Shown: one piece after another, positions 38,933-50,859 of the stretch
Numbering within the stretch: position 1 is the first letter of the stretch
Layout: every line of letters begins with the position of its first letter
Origin: Octopus sinensis
Lineage: Eukaryota
Assembly (NCBI RefSeq): GCF_006345805.1
Contig: NC_042999.1
Location: 26,040,001-26,104,000 of the forward strand
Direction of reading: 5' to 3'
DNA: 64,000 nucleotides
Translations under genes and position numbers: made by a program
The notes under the pieces: model-generated
Databases searched by the model: none
Told to the model about the DNA's origin: nothing
What the model saw: only the letters and a program-made list of their open reading frames with translations

Positions 38933-41174
38933 TTTAAATATATTATATATATATACACGCACATGCGCACACATGTACATGTGTTCCGGTGCCTGTAATC
39001 AATCTCACGCATATATCATAAACATTCGCTCATGCTCCACTGTACATCCACAGAGAGCTCTATGTGTGACTTTAGTAAACTTATCGCAAATCTATATTCT
39101 GACGTAGACTCAGGAACGAACGAAGCTTCACACAACACAAATGTGCTGCGCTATCAGAGATACTGTTGCATGCAGTACAAATAACAACTAAGGTTCATTA
39201 TAGTTATAAACCATTATTTAGCTTATATATCACTTCAAATTTTGGCGTATCCTTCTTAACGGTAAAATATAAATATTTCTTCCCAGAAAATATTGAGCTG
39301 CTCATTACTGAAGAAAAACATCAATAAATAATGTGTTTTGCTGCCTCCGTGGCTAGAATTACTCGGAAATGTCCGCAGCGCTCATTTGCTAAACCCTCTT
39401 CATCCCAGTCTAAAATATATGCGATAAACTAAAAGAGTGGTCATTTGCTTACGAGTTTCTTTTGGAAGCATATGTGAAGATTTTACTGTGTGTTTTATGT
39501 TAATTCTCAACAAATTTTTACTTAGTGAGTGATAGTCTTGTCCTGTATTTTGGGTGTCGTTCTTTTTTTCGGGTAGATTTATAAATAGGTTCAGAGTGTA
39601 CCGCAATATAGGTCCCTTAATTGCACATTTGTAGCCCTGTTCATCATGGTTGTGTTTTGCGTCAGCTACGTGGCTGCATTTATTGTTTCTTTTGGGTCAA
39701 ACTCTAGCGATTCGCAGTGGAAAACATTTTATGAAAATTATGGTGTTGCGATATTACTTAGTTTTCTTTTTAATATGTTCAATGTAGGAATATAAGCAAT
39801 GCTGCCGATTAAAATTAAGAAGCAGTTTAAAACAGTTAAAACCAGTTTCATGTATTGATGCTTAATAATCTTTAACAGTTGTCCAAGTGTTGAGTTTCAA
39901 AATTCTTTTAAACTGTACGTCTAATTTGAATATATACCTTGTTTTACTCTCGACTGTATGTGATTGAGCCTGGTTAATAATCTAATGTCACAGATTCATC
40001 AAAATAACTAGTAATACATATGTGTCTATGGAGCAGATAAGATCCTTACAGGTATGTTTTCATATTATCTTCGTCAAAATATTTCATTTTCATTTCCACC
40101 TTTTCATGAATGCCATGTTATGGTAATCTATATTCAAATATTTGCTAAATTCAGCATCACCTGGTTTTTGTATTATCCGCCCTCAGTCTTTCATTCCATT
40201 ATTCATGATGTAATTATTTATTTCCAATTATTGTATTTCTCGTGTTCACAATACATAATGCCTTTGCTAAATTCCTAGCTTCCTATCATATATACCTATA
40301 TTTGAGTGTGTGTGTGCGCGCACACGGTCGCCATTGCACCTCTGTGTATATGTGTGTGTGTGAGGGTTTGTGAATGTCTATGTGTGCACGCAGGTTTGAA
40401 TGTTAAATGAGATAAATTAGGTACTCAGTGATATGCCTTGTAGGAAAATATTCCAAAACTTTGTTTAATATTTGATATCTCCTGTGTCCATTAGTTCCGT
40501 TCCTGCTGATATTAACACTGACTACCTGTTGTGTGTTTGTTGTTGCCCATTTTTAATAACGAAATGTCTGTAAAACTGTAAAAATGGATAAAATTTTCAC
40601 CTAAATGTTATATAATTCTTTGCAATTACGCTGTCACCCGTCGTTTGTAGAGCATTTTCAATGTAATATTGTCTACATTATATAACTTTTGACTGTGATA
40701 TGCAAAGTAATCTCTTCGTGCATTTGCCGGTTCATGGCAGATATATATTGCAAGCATTCCTCATCAGAATATTTGGTATATATATATTAATACCAATTAG
40801 GATAACTATTTAAAAATAAAAAGTAAATGATAAAGAATCGAGTGGCCGAAACGTCTAAGCATTTCATGAAATAACTTGACATAAATGATCCATGATTTGC
40901 TGTTATTGTACACTTGATTCCATTCTTCCCGTTTGCATGATTCAATACATTAAAAAATAAACTATAGATTCAACGCATTTGGAGTTTTGGTTCATTCTCA
41001 ATCATTTAATATCTCAGAGGAGACTAAATATTGCGCATCTTAGTTTTATACATATGTAGCGTGCAGTGAATAAAAGGTCGTTTAAATTAAGCAAAAATGA
41101 AAATAATACTGACATCTCATGTTAACAGATATAGTTCCCAAAATTACATTAAAATATTTTGAAATACTAAAAGA

Positions 41175-41570
41175 GTAAATTTGGTTAATTAAATCGCCTT
41201 TGGTTTCAACCGCGGCCTCCAGACGACTTCGGAGTCTCCTGTAACAATTTTGGATGATCTACGTGTTTAAGATGGTGAATTTTGCAATAATCATTGCCTC
41301 AAGTTCATCTGTGGTGTTACAAGGAGTTTTACTGGTCTCTCGCTCCACTGTGCTCCACACATAATCTGCAATCTGGGGGAGGGGGTAGACGGTCAGGTGT
41401 TAGAGGTAATGTGGTCGCAGAAATTGTCTGCGTTTGTGGAATGGTGTAGAGTCCTATTGCCACCCTCTTGATGCAGGGCATCACTACGTCCTACAGGAAC
41501 TTGAGGTAGGGCTCAGTGTGAGGAGATGATCACTCCATATACCGTGATGTTGAATGAATATTTGACTTTT
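41175..41570 (-). pseudogene. maT-like (DD37D) transposase C-terminal remnant
   Basis: Minus strand VKYSFNITVYGVI / YLKFL*DVVMPCIKRVA / DNFCDHIT / DYVWSTVERETSK / RRLRSRLEAAVETKGDLI. Confidence 0.78.
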
Positions 41571-41931
41571 ATCACTCTCAGTACATGTCCTCGGATTGCA
41601 CTGGCCTCGGAACCCTATCAAATGTTCGTATTGGAGCTTCCGGTGCGAAGCCAAGCAGAACAGCATGTCACTTCCAAATTGCGTCATGGTGTAGTTTTTC
41701 TCACAGACGTTGCTCAACTGACCATACTATATACTGTGTAGTCGAGAAATTAAAAAGCAAACGATGCGCATGAGCGAAGATAAGAATATAAAATGGCAAC
41801 AATTTATCCATCGCACATTGTTTATATATATATATATATAATATATATATATATATAACTAAGAAGCGCAACGTTTGGTTTGATCTGAGATATTAATTCA
41901 TTGAGAAAGAACCACAACCCTAAATTGTAAA

Positions 41932-42445
41932 GGAGTATTTCACATTGAACTGTTAACATCTAATGCAACAATCAATGATCAAGGCTACTGTCAGCAATTA
42001 GAGCGTTTGAACCAAGGTTTGAAGAAAAAAGCACCCGCTTTAGTGAATCGAAAAGGAGAGATGTTTCATCAGGACAATGCGTGATCCTACACTGCAAAGA
42101 TCACAGCACAGAAAACCGAAGAGCTTGGTTAGGAACAAATTCCTCAGCCACCTTATTCTCTCGACCTTGCTCCTTCAGACTACCATTTGCTTCGTAGTTT
42201 ACAGAATCATTTAGGAGACATAACTTTCGCAAGCCAGGAGAAGGTCGAAACTGACATTTCAGAGTTCTTCGCTTTGAAATCAAAATAGTTTTACATTGAC
42301 GGGATTAAAAAGCTAGTTAATAGATGGGAGGAAGTCATAGATAATCAGGGAAAGTACATTGATGATTAAATTTCAATTAAATATAATCTTTGATCACTTG
42401 TTTTCGTTACTGAAAATTTTGAGAGGAATTTATGGGATGACCATA
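41932..42445 (+). mobile_element. Mariner (DD34D) 3' fragment: transposase pseudogene plus right TIR
   Basis: YCQQLERL..LVNRKG..FHQDNA*..PPYSLDLAPSDYHL.RSLQNHL..FYIDGIKKLVNRWEEVIDNQGKYIDD* (stop 42367-42369); TIR-like gaatttatgggatgaccatata. Confidence 0.9.
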
Positions 42446-42489
42446 TACATATATATATATATATATATAGATATATATAGATATATATA

Positions 42490-42537
<48 letters not shown>

Positions 42538-42563
42538 GATATATGTTTGTATGTATGTACATT

Positions 42564-42960
42564 GCGCAAGCGTGGCTAGGTGGAAATAAGTTTGCTTCCC
42601 AACCACATGATTCCGGGTTCAGTTCCAGTGCCTGGCAACTTGGGCAGTGTGTCTTCTACTATAGCCTCGTGTCGAGTGGATTTGGTAGACGAACACTGAA
42701 AGAAGCCCGTCGTATATATATATAAATATATATATTTATGCGTTTGTATGTCTGTCTTTGTGACAGACGTAGCTTGACAACTGTTGCTGGTGTGTTTATG
42801 TCTCCCTAACTTAGCGGTTCTGCAAAAGTGATCAATAGTATAAGTACTAGGCTTACAAAGAATAAATCCTGAGGACGACTTTCTCGGCTGAAACCTTTTA
42901 AGGCATTGCTCCCGTGTGACCGCAGAAGAAATGACTGAAACAAGTAGAAGAATAAAAGAA
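42564..42960 (+). mobile_element. Diverged Meta-domain-like SINE
   Basis: ccaaccacatgattccgggttcag..gagtggatttggtagacg..ctgaaagaagcccgtcg..gctggtgtgtttatgtc..aaatgactgaaacaagt. Confidence 0.82.
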
Positions 42961-42964
42961 TATA

Positions 42965-44176
42965 CAGGGTGCGTAAGGTATTTGAGTACATACCTTTTTT
43001 GAGTCAATGCTGCATTTTTTGCTAACTCTGCATAATCTTTGGTTCAGAAAATAATAATGCCAAACCCTCAGTTTACTCGAGAAATTAAGAGGTATGCTAT
43101 TCCTTTGGTTATAAAGGCTGAGTATAGTGATTTGGAAATATCTCGAGTTGCTAGAGGTATTTCGTCTACAATGTTTTTAAAGAGTTAGAACCTGAAGATG
43201 TATATATATCACCAGCATTAAAGCATAAAAGCATTCTAAACGCCCTGAAATCATCAAGAATCCTCAATTTATCCAGCAAGTTCAACAGACCATTGCTTAG
43301 AATCCCAGAAAGTCCATGAGGTTGATTGTAAAAGACCTCCACGTGTCAGAATGAACAGTCAGAAATGTTGTTCACGAAGACATCAGACATAAGTCTTATA
43401 TGACGAGTGAAGGTCAATTTCTCAGAAAAGCAAAAGAATATCACTACATCAGATCTTAAACAGACTGAAAAATCCAGCATAAGAAGGTTTGATTTGGTTT
43501 TTCTCAAACGACAAATAATCTGACCAAGATCATAAAGTTAACGGAAGAAATGACAGATGGTTGTGTGCAGACCCTTCTGAAGTTCCAAGTGTTATTCCTA
43601 CTAAATTTCCTGCAACTGCCATGGTTTTAGGGGTTGGCAGTAGTGAAGGATGTGATGCCTCCTTATTTCTTTCCACAAGACCCTAGAGTTAACTCTGTCG
43701 ACTATATTGAGATCCTGGAAATAATTCTTCAGCCTTGGATAGAGAGTGTATGCAATGGAAGGCCATATGTGCTTCAGTAAGACTCTGCACTTTCACACGC
43801 CTCTAGTAACAAGAATGGGTGGTTAAAAATTTTCATGATCACATTTGGCCTATAATTCCCTAGATATCAATGCAGTGGATTATTACATGTGAAGCGTAGT
43901 TGAGAGAGAGTTAGTGAACGCGCCCATAACACCGAAGATTGTATCAAAGCTGTCATATTCAGAGTAAAGTCCAAAGTTAACCATGACCACTTGATTCGAG
44001 CATGTAGATGATTTAGATCTTCATCAGTTGCTGAAGCTAGGGGTGTCTTTATGGAATAACATAGAAAAGAAGGCTCACCTTTATCCTCATAGCATATTTT
44101 GATAAATAAAGTTATCTGCTATTAAATATCTTTTTTTATAAAGATAAATCTATCCTCAAATATCTTACGCACCCTG
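42965..44176 (+). mobile_element. Complete but decayed maT-like (DD37D) Tc1/mariner element, 1212 bp
   Basis: TIRs cagggtgcgtaaggtatttgag / ctcaaatatcttacgcaccctg, TA on both sides; remnants MPNPQFTREIKRYAI..AEYSDLEI, RNDRWLCADPSEVP..TKFPATAMVLGV..MPPYFFPQ..PWIESVCNGRPYVLQ*DSA. Confidence 0.9.
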
Positions 44177-44188
44177 TATATATATATA

Positions 44189-44221
<33 letters not shown>

Positions 44222-44273
44222 GTGTGTGTGTGTGTGTGTATATATATGTATGTATATATATATATATTATATA

Positions 44274-44323
<50 letters not shown>

Positions 44324-44329
44324 CATACA

Positions 44330-44480
44330 GGGAGAATTCACACAAAAATCAAAAAACAAAAGACGAAGACAGGTGGTGTAGACAACAACAGATGTATTAG
44401 TTTAACGCTCCGGAAGTGAAAAAGTCTTTAACGTTTCGAGCCTACGCTATTCTAGAGAAAGAAACACAGAAAGGAACGAG
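44330..44480 (-). mobile_element. Penelope-type short fragment (family P2)
   Basis: Minus strand tagcgtaggctcgaaacgttaaagactttttcacttccggagcgttaaactaatacatctgtt, homologous to 34830-35045. Confidence 0.55.
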
Positions 44481-44510
44481 AGAGATGGCATTCAATCATA
44501 TAATAATAAC

Positions 44511-44595
<85 letters not shown>

Positions 44596-44608
44596 TAATG
44601 ATAATAAT

Positions 44609-45014
44609 CAGGAGTGGCTGTGTGGTAAGCAGCTTGCTTACCAACCACATGGTTCCGGGTTCAGTCCCACTGCGTGGCATCTTGGGCAAGTGTCTTCTGC
44701 TATAGTCCCGGGCCGACCAATGCCTTGTGAGTGGATTTGGTAGACGGAAACTGAAAGAAGCTTGTCGTATATATGTATATATATGTGTATGTGTGTGTTT
44801 GTGTGTCTGTGTTTGTCCCCCTAGCATTGCATGACAACCAAATGCTGGTGTGTTTACGTCCCCGTCACTTAGCGGTTCGGCAAAAGAGACCGATAGAATA
44901 AGTACTGGGCTTACTAAGAATAAGTACCGGGGTCGATTTGCTCGACTAAAGGCGGTGCTCCAGCATGGCCGCAGTCGAATGACTGAAACAAGTAAAAGAG
45001 TAAAGAGTAAGAGT
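44609..45014 (+). mobile_element. Full-length Meta-domain-like SINE between (TAA)n and (ATT)n arrays
   Basis: caggagtggctgtgtggtaagcagcttgcttaccaaccacatggttccgggttcagtccc...ggggtcgatttgctcgactaaaggcggtgctccagcatggccgcagtc. Confidence 0.9.
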
Positions 45015-45042
45015 ATAATGATAACAATAACAATAAAAAATA

Positions 45043-45101
<59 letters not shown>

Positions 45102-45119
45102 ATAATAATAATAATAATA

Positions 45120-45201
<82 letters not shown>

Positions 45202-47199
45202 CTCCCATCGAAGATGACTTATGAGTGTTCAGCTTCTGCCTAACGACTTGCACAAACGCTTTGTTTACTGTGGTTAAATGCATATGCTGTACATCAGCTA
45301 ACTTTCTCCATCAAACCGTCGTTGCGTGAACAGGTGTCGAAGTGATCACAATCAAACATATGGTGAAATATTTTGCTCAAAATCACAACGCAGGAGCAGG
45401 TCAAAGCATCGAAACCACAATCTTGCTATATATATATACTTGTACTCTATTGCCTTTCTAAGATATTTTTATTTAGGTTTTAGAGAAAATAATTTAAGCG
45501 AATATCATTCAGGTTTGTATTGAATTCCAACTTAGTAAAGTAGATCAACGCCAATGTCACATTATGCAATGTCACATTATATAATAGATATATATATACA
45601 AGGGCACGTACACTGTCAGACACACACACGTATATGTATATGTGTGTGTTGTGCGTTTATGTGTGTGTGTATGTATGTAAGTGCGTGCTTGTGTATGTGT
45701 ATATTCATGACTATGTCTACACGCAGAAGTACTTTTCATCGCAATGAACGAGTTACGAAAAGCATGTGTTAGAATGTTAACGTGTCATAAAATAACCAAT
45801 ACGATCTTGCAGATTCACTCTCAATGAGACATCGAAGATAAGCGTATTTATTGCATGATTCAGTCAGTTTGCACATGATATATCATGTAAGAAATTGATA
45901 ACTTGTACTCTATTGCATTTCTAAGATATTTTTATTTAGTTTTTAGAGAAAATAATTTAAGCGAATATCATTCAGGTTTGTATCGAATTCCAACTTAGTA
46001 AAGTAGATCAACGCCAACGCCAATGTCACGTCATGCAATAGATACAATTTATATATTATAAATTTAACAAAAATACAATAAAACCATGATAACAATAATA
46101 ATGATAAAATAATAGTATATTATTATACACGTATACAAAACTTATCATGCGGATTATCAGAAATTTTCTAGACGAACGTGCTCTCATTTTACGGTTGATA
46201 TGAAATGCGAGGGTAGCAAACTGATTTACTTACAGCCGACCTTTAAATTTATTCTGTAAATAGATTCTGTAATATCTGCTTTACTGCATTCTGGAATGTT
46301 GTATTCTAACAGAATATCAAATTCTTCTCTATCACGTGTTAGAAGGGATCATTCATTTTAGTACAATGACTAACAAATTTGATCAATATGGCTGCAATTT
46401 CGCCTCAAGTTCGGCGAATCTGCTTTTGGTACTTGTCAGGCATATGACAATCATTTGGATCAAAGAGGATTAAACGTGTGTATATGAGGAACGTGTCTGT
46501 TTGAAGACACATCGATAAGGTAAGACTCATTAATATCAAAACACCAAGAACGTAGACAGCACACCTGAACTCTTTCGTGAAGATGTATGAACGATGGCAC
46601 ACATCTATCTGGCTGTACACAAGCTAAAAAAAAAACGGATGCACTCCATACCATATCACTACACACACACACATATACACCCACATTTCCTTTATGCCAG
46701 ATTCTATACATGAACAATCTCTTATGCATGCACACACACCAAACCGCCTCCACCTTTTGTAACTCCCCCATAGAACCATATTCCAACATGATCCCTAAGT
46801 CCTTCCTTATTTTTATCCAGCCATCTTTTCCTATTTAATTTTAATTTTAAGCATACTATTTTTGTGTCCTGTTTGAAACACTGGGCAACAAAAAATGTAT
46901 TCTCTGCTTCCCAGACAAATGGTAATTTAGTAAACCAAATCGATTACGCTGATTCCGATTCTGAACTCAGAATTGCTGTAGCACGTAGGGATTTTGAGTT
47001 ACGTGCATAATTATATATCAATACTCTATTAGTATCAAGAGTAGTTATGTTCAAGGTAAATAATTTTATAACAGTATATTTGTACTGTATATAATATGTT
47101 TATGTTCAAAGCAAATAGTATTGTACTATAATGCTACATAGTATATTTATGTTAATAGAAAACTCTATTCTTGTAATGCTCAGCTCAAAAATGTTTGAG

Positions 47200-48475
47200 A
47201 CACTTGCTCTTGCGCTTATGCGTTGTTCTAGTCTCCCGTTGTAGGAACCAGCAGTATTCAACAATGTGTAGATTGACCTAGCATTGATACCTCGTTTCCA
47301 TCTCAGATATATCATCGTGGAACTTCTCACCATGCTCATCACTAACGTCACGAAGATTCGTTGGAAAAAATCGAGATGTGAATGAAAGAAATGCATTTTA
47401 AGGGACATTCGGCATCCGATTCTTTCATACGCTGTTAGCTTGTCGTTTATTAAATTAGCTTCGTTTTCAGTTCCATAATTCCCCAGAAAGTTCTGCACAA
47501 CTACCACGAATGAATCCCATGCTGTCAGCGCAACTAGAAGTAGTTTGCCATTGAATTTGCCATCAGACATCAATTCTCTGATCTTGGGTCCAATGAAAAT
47601 GCCTGCTTTCAGTTTTGCGTTACTTTTCTCTACACCAAATTCTACTTTTAGGCCCTGGAAGCCACAACCACCGTGTGTTATTGCTTTTACGAAGTTTTTC
47701 ATGGGGCCGAGTTCGATGTCAAGAGGTGAAAGGAAGATCTTTTGCGGTTCAACCAGTAGAATATACTGTACATTGTACGGACAAACTATGCGCTCATCTT
47801 TTAGGCCAATCTTTTACAGTCTAATAATTACTATCGTCGTGGCTATTCAAAACAGACAAGAAGCAAATATTTTTGGTATATCCCAGCTGCAGTCCTAGGA
47901 GGAGGGAAATCACCTTTAAATCACCACAAATAATTCCACTTATGAACTGAGTACTTATACAAGCGTATCTCATTTTTCCTAGAAGGAAGTAGGTACCCAT
48001 CGTCTATAGGAGAATCAAAGGATTCATTGTGCGACGTGTCAAGGTATTTAAGTGAATTATGTGGAAGAAGAAATGGAACAGGTTTCTCGAAGTCATGTAG
48101 GGCCGGTTTTAGGGCTGACTTACAATCTGCGTACAGAATTTTTGCTTTTGGTTTTCTTTAAGAAACCATTAATATGAGTCATGCAAAAGTAACAATCAGA
48201 GACATCGGTTGATTCACGCCATGCCATTGGTACAGCAAAAGGCATTCCCTCCCGTGTTCCATTCGGCCACTGTATAAGCCCTGAGTAACACACGGCGCAG
48301 CAGATATGGGAGGCCAACTTCTTGTCTTAGTCCTCAACTTTACACCAGAAATAACATTTATATGCAGTTTTTAATTTCGTAGCAATGTTCTTCCGCTGGT
48401 CACGAGAAGCAAATTTTCTACAGTCATAACAAATGTTGTCTGGGCGATTCCCTCAGCCTCAACTATTCATGATCT
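47200..48475 (-). pseudogene. Chapaev3-like transposase pseudogene
   Basis: HICCAVC..QWPNG..MPFAVPMAWRESTDVSDCYFC; MKNFVKA..LKAGIFIGPKIRELM..NFLGN..GCRMSLKMHFFHSHLDFF; frameshifts and stops. Confidence 0.72.
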
Positions 48476-48698
48476 AACACAATGAACACAGTTAAAACAG
48501 TAATCACGCCGAGCGAGAGATGCACATAACACAATTGACAGCAGCGCAAACGACACAAACTGGGGTATTTAACGCTTGCACATAATACACCAGCGCCATC
48601 TATTGCTAAACTAAATAATGAACATTCTCATCGTTTGTTTTATTGGTGTCATTTCTTTAATTTTCAATTAAGACTGCTTTCATTTTAGCAAATTTTAT

Positions 48699-49157
48699 GA
48701 GTGGCTGTGTGGTAAGTAGCTTGCTTTATTTCATATAATTTGCCATATATTATTTAAGTAGCTTGCTTACCAACCACATGGTTCCGGGTTCAGTCCCACT
48801 GCGTGGAATCTTGGGCAAGTGTCTTTTGCTATAGCCCCGGGCCGACCAATGCCTTGTGAGTGGATTTGGTAGACGGAAACTGAAAGAAGCCTGTCGTATA
48901 TATGCATATATATATATATATATATATGTATGTGTTTGTGTATGTTTGTGTGTCTGTGTTTTTCCCGCTAGCATTGCTTGACAACCGATACTGGTGTGTT
49001 TATGGCTCCGTCACTTAGCGGTTCGTCAAAAGAGACCGATTGAATAAGTACTGGGCTTACAAATAATAAATCCCGGGGGTCGATCTGCTCGACTAAAGGC
49101 GGTGCTCCAGCATGGCCGCAGTCAAATGACTGAAACAAGTAAAAGAAAGTAAAAGAG
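48699..49157 (+). mobile_element. Meta-domain-like SINE nested in the Chapaev-like element
   Basis: Colinear with 44609-45014; head interrupted by a 14-bp duplication plus 28-nt filler. Confidence 0.88.
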
Positions 49158-49447
49158 AATACTGTCTATAACTAGCCGCAAGTATAGTTATAATCTGGCG
49201 CATGCGCATAACTGAAAATTCTGACGTACTGGAATAATTCTGAGTGCAGATTCGGAATCACCATTCCCGATTTAGTATAAATGTTCTTACTCTAGTAGCA
49301 AAATCTTTGTTGTCTGCATTAGATTGCTTCAATTTCATTTTCCACCTATTATTCGCTAATGTTTTAATCTCCTTATAAGCACACACAAGTGCTTTCACAT
49401 ACATACGTACATATATACATACACACATACATACATACATACATACA

Positions 49448-49481
<34 letters not shown>

Positions 49482-49870
49482 CACGCTTACACACAGACGC
49501 ACACACACACACACACAGTGGCTGCTATCTCGTATACGAGCAGAGCCATTGTGAAAAAGAATAATTGAAATGAATCATTGATAATGCAATGTGAGGCCCT
49601 TATATGGCTTTTCAAACCTGACAATGATTTCCACATTTTATTGCACAATGCAGAAATGTGCTGGCTGGCAGAAAGAACCGGTATCACAGTATGAATTATT
49701 TTGACATATCTTTTAATCCTCCAACTGAACGGCACCCCTTTCTAATAGTTGCGCATGCTCTGTTGTGAATAACAGCCGTATCGCAGTTTACAAGGGGTTG
49801 ATTTCTGTGACTCCTCTGATGGCTGACCAGGCCTGCATGACTCGGACTTTTCCTCCTACAAATCACACAC

Positions 49871-49902
<32 letters not shown>

Positions 49903-49904
<2 letters not shown>

Positions 49905-50261
49905 TCTTTTACTCTTTTACTTGTTTCAGTCATTTGACAGTGGTCATTGCTGGAGCACCGCCTTTAGTCGAGCAAATCAATCAACCCCAGGACTTATTCT
50001 TTGTAACCCTAGTACTTATTCTATCGATTTCTTTTGTCGATCCGCTAAGTTATAGGGAGGTAAACACACCAGCATCTGTTGTCAAGCGATGTTGAGGGAC
50101 AAACATACAGACACACATACATATGCATATACATATATACGACAGGCTTCTTTCAGTTTCCGTCTACCAAATCGACTCACAAGGCTTTGGTCGGCCCTAG
50201 GCTATAGTAGAAGACACTTGCCCAAGTTACTACGCAGTGGGACTGATCCCGGAACTATGTG
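49903..50261 (-). mobile_element. Meta-domain-like SINE lacking the extreme 5' end
   Basis: Reverse complement of the family body; fused at 50262 to a Penelope-type fragment. Confidence 0.85.
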
Positions 50262-50435
50262 TGTACCGTTGGCGATTTTTTCCCTCTGTCTTCCCTTCTC
50301 CTATGTTTCCGACGAAGAGCTCCGCTCGGAACGTTAAACCTTCCTTCTTTCCTAAGCGTCCAATAATACTATATCTGTTCCACGTCCTCGCGTTGTGTTT
50401 TTTTTTGTGCTTTCTTGTTTGGATTAACTATGTAT
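50262..50435 (+). mobile_element. Penelope-type short fragment (family P1)
   Basis: ccgttggcgatttt..gtttccgacgaagagctccgctcggaacgttaaacc..gttccacgtcctcgcgttgtg..gtttggattaacta; reverse complement of 30195-30410. Confidence 0.65.
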
Positions 50436-50859
50436 ATATATAATATATATATAATAATATATATATATTATATATATATATTATATATATAATATATTTG
50501 ATAGCCTACATATTCATCGACTAAATTTGTCTATAACGCGTTCTAACAACTTGGTTTAGTTATTACAGCTATTTACTTTTTATGTTCTCGAATCTAAGGA
50601 ATGGGCGTGGCTTGCTTGGTCGAGTTTTCTAGTTTACCCGGTTACTACACTTAGTATATTAGTTTTGTATTTATAAGCGTTTTTTTTCTGACTTTATCCA
50701 CTCAGAGCCCCTCCATTTTATGGGCTATTGCGAATTTGTAAACTTTGCAGAGCTATGCTTGTTGAACCTTGAAAGCATGAAAGGCAAAATCGATCTTTGC
50801 ATTACAATAATAATAACAGCAACAACAACAATAGTAATGGCGTCAATGTTTGGCACCAT

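Larger units (their letters stand above)
46879..49320 (-). mobile_element. Decayed Chapaev3-like (CMC superfamily) DNA transposon with nested SINE
   Basis: Left end cactgggcaac; subterminal gattccgattctgaactcagaatt (~46953) mirrored by aattctgagtgcagattcggaatc (~49238); right terminus degenerate, so approximate. Confidence 0.65.

Noticed and set aside
40845-40855. GCCGAAACGTC half-hammerhead
   Set aside because: No CTGANGA box or stem II partner upstream
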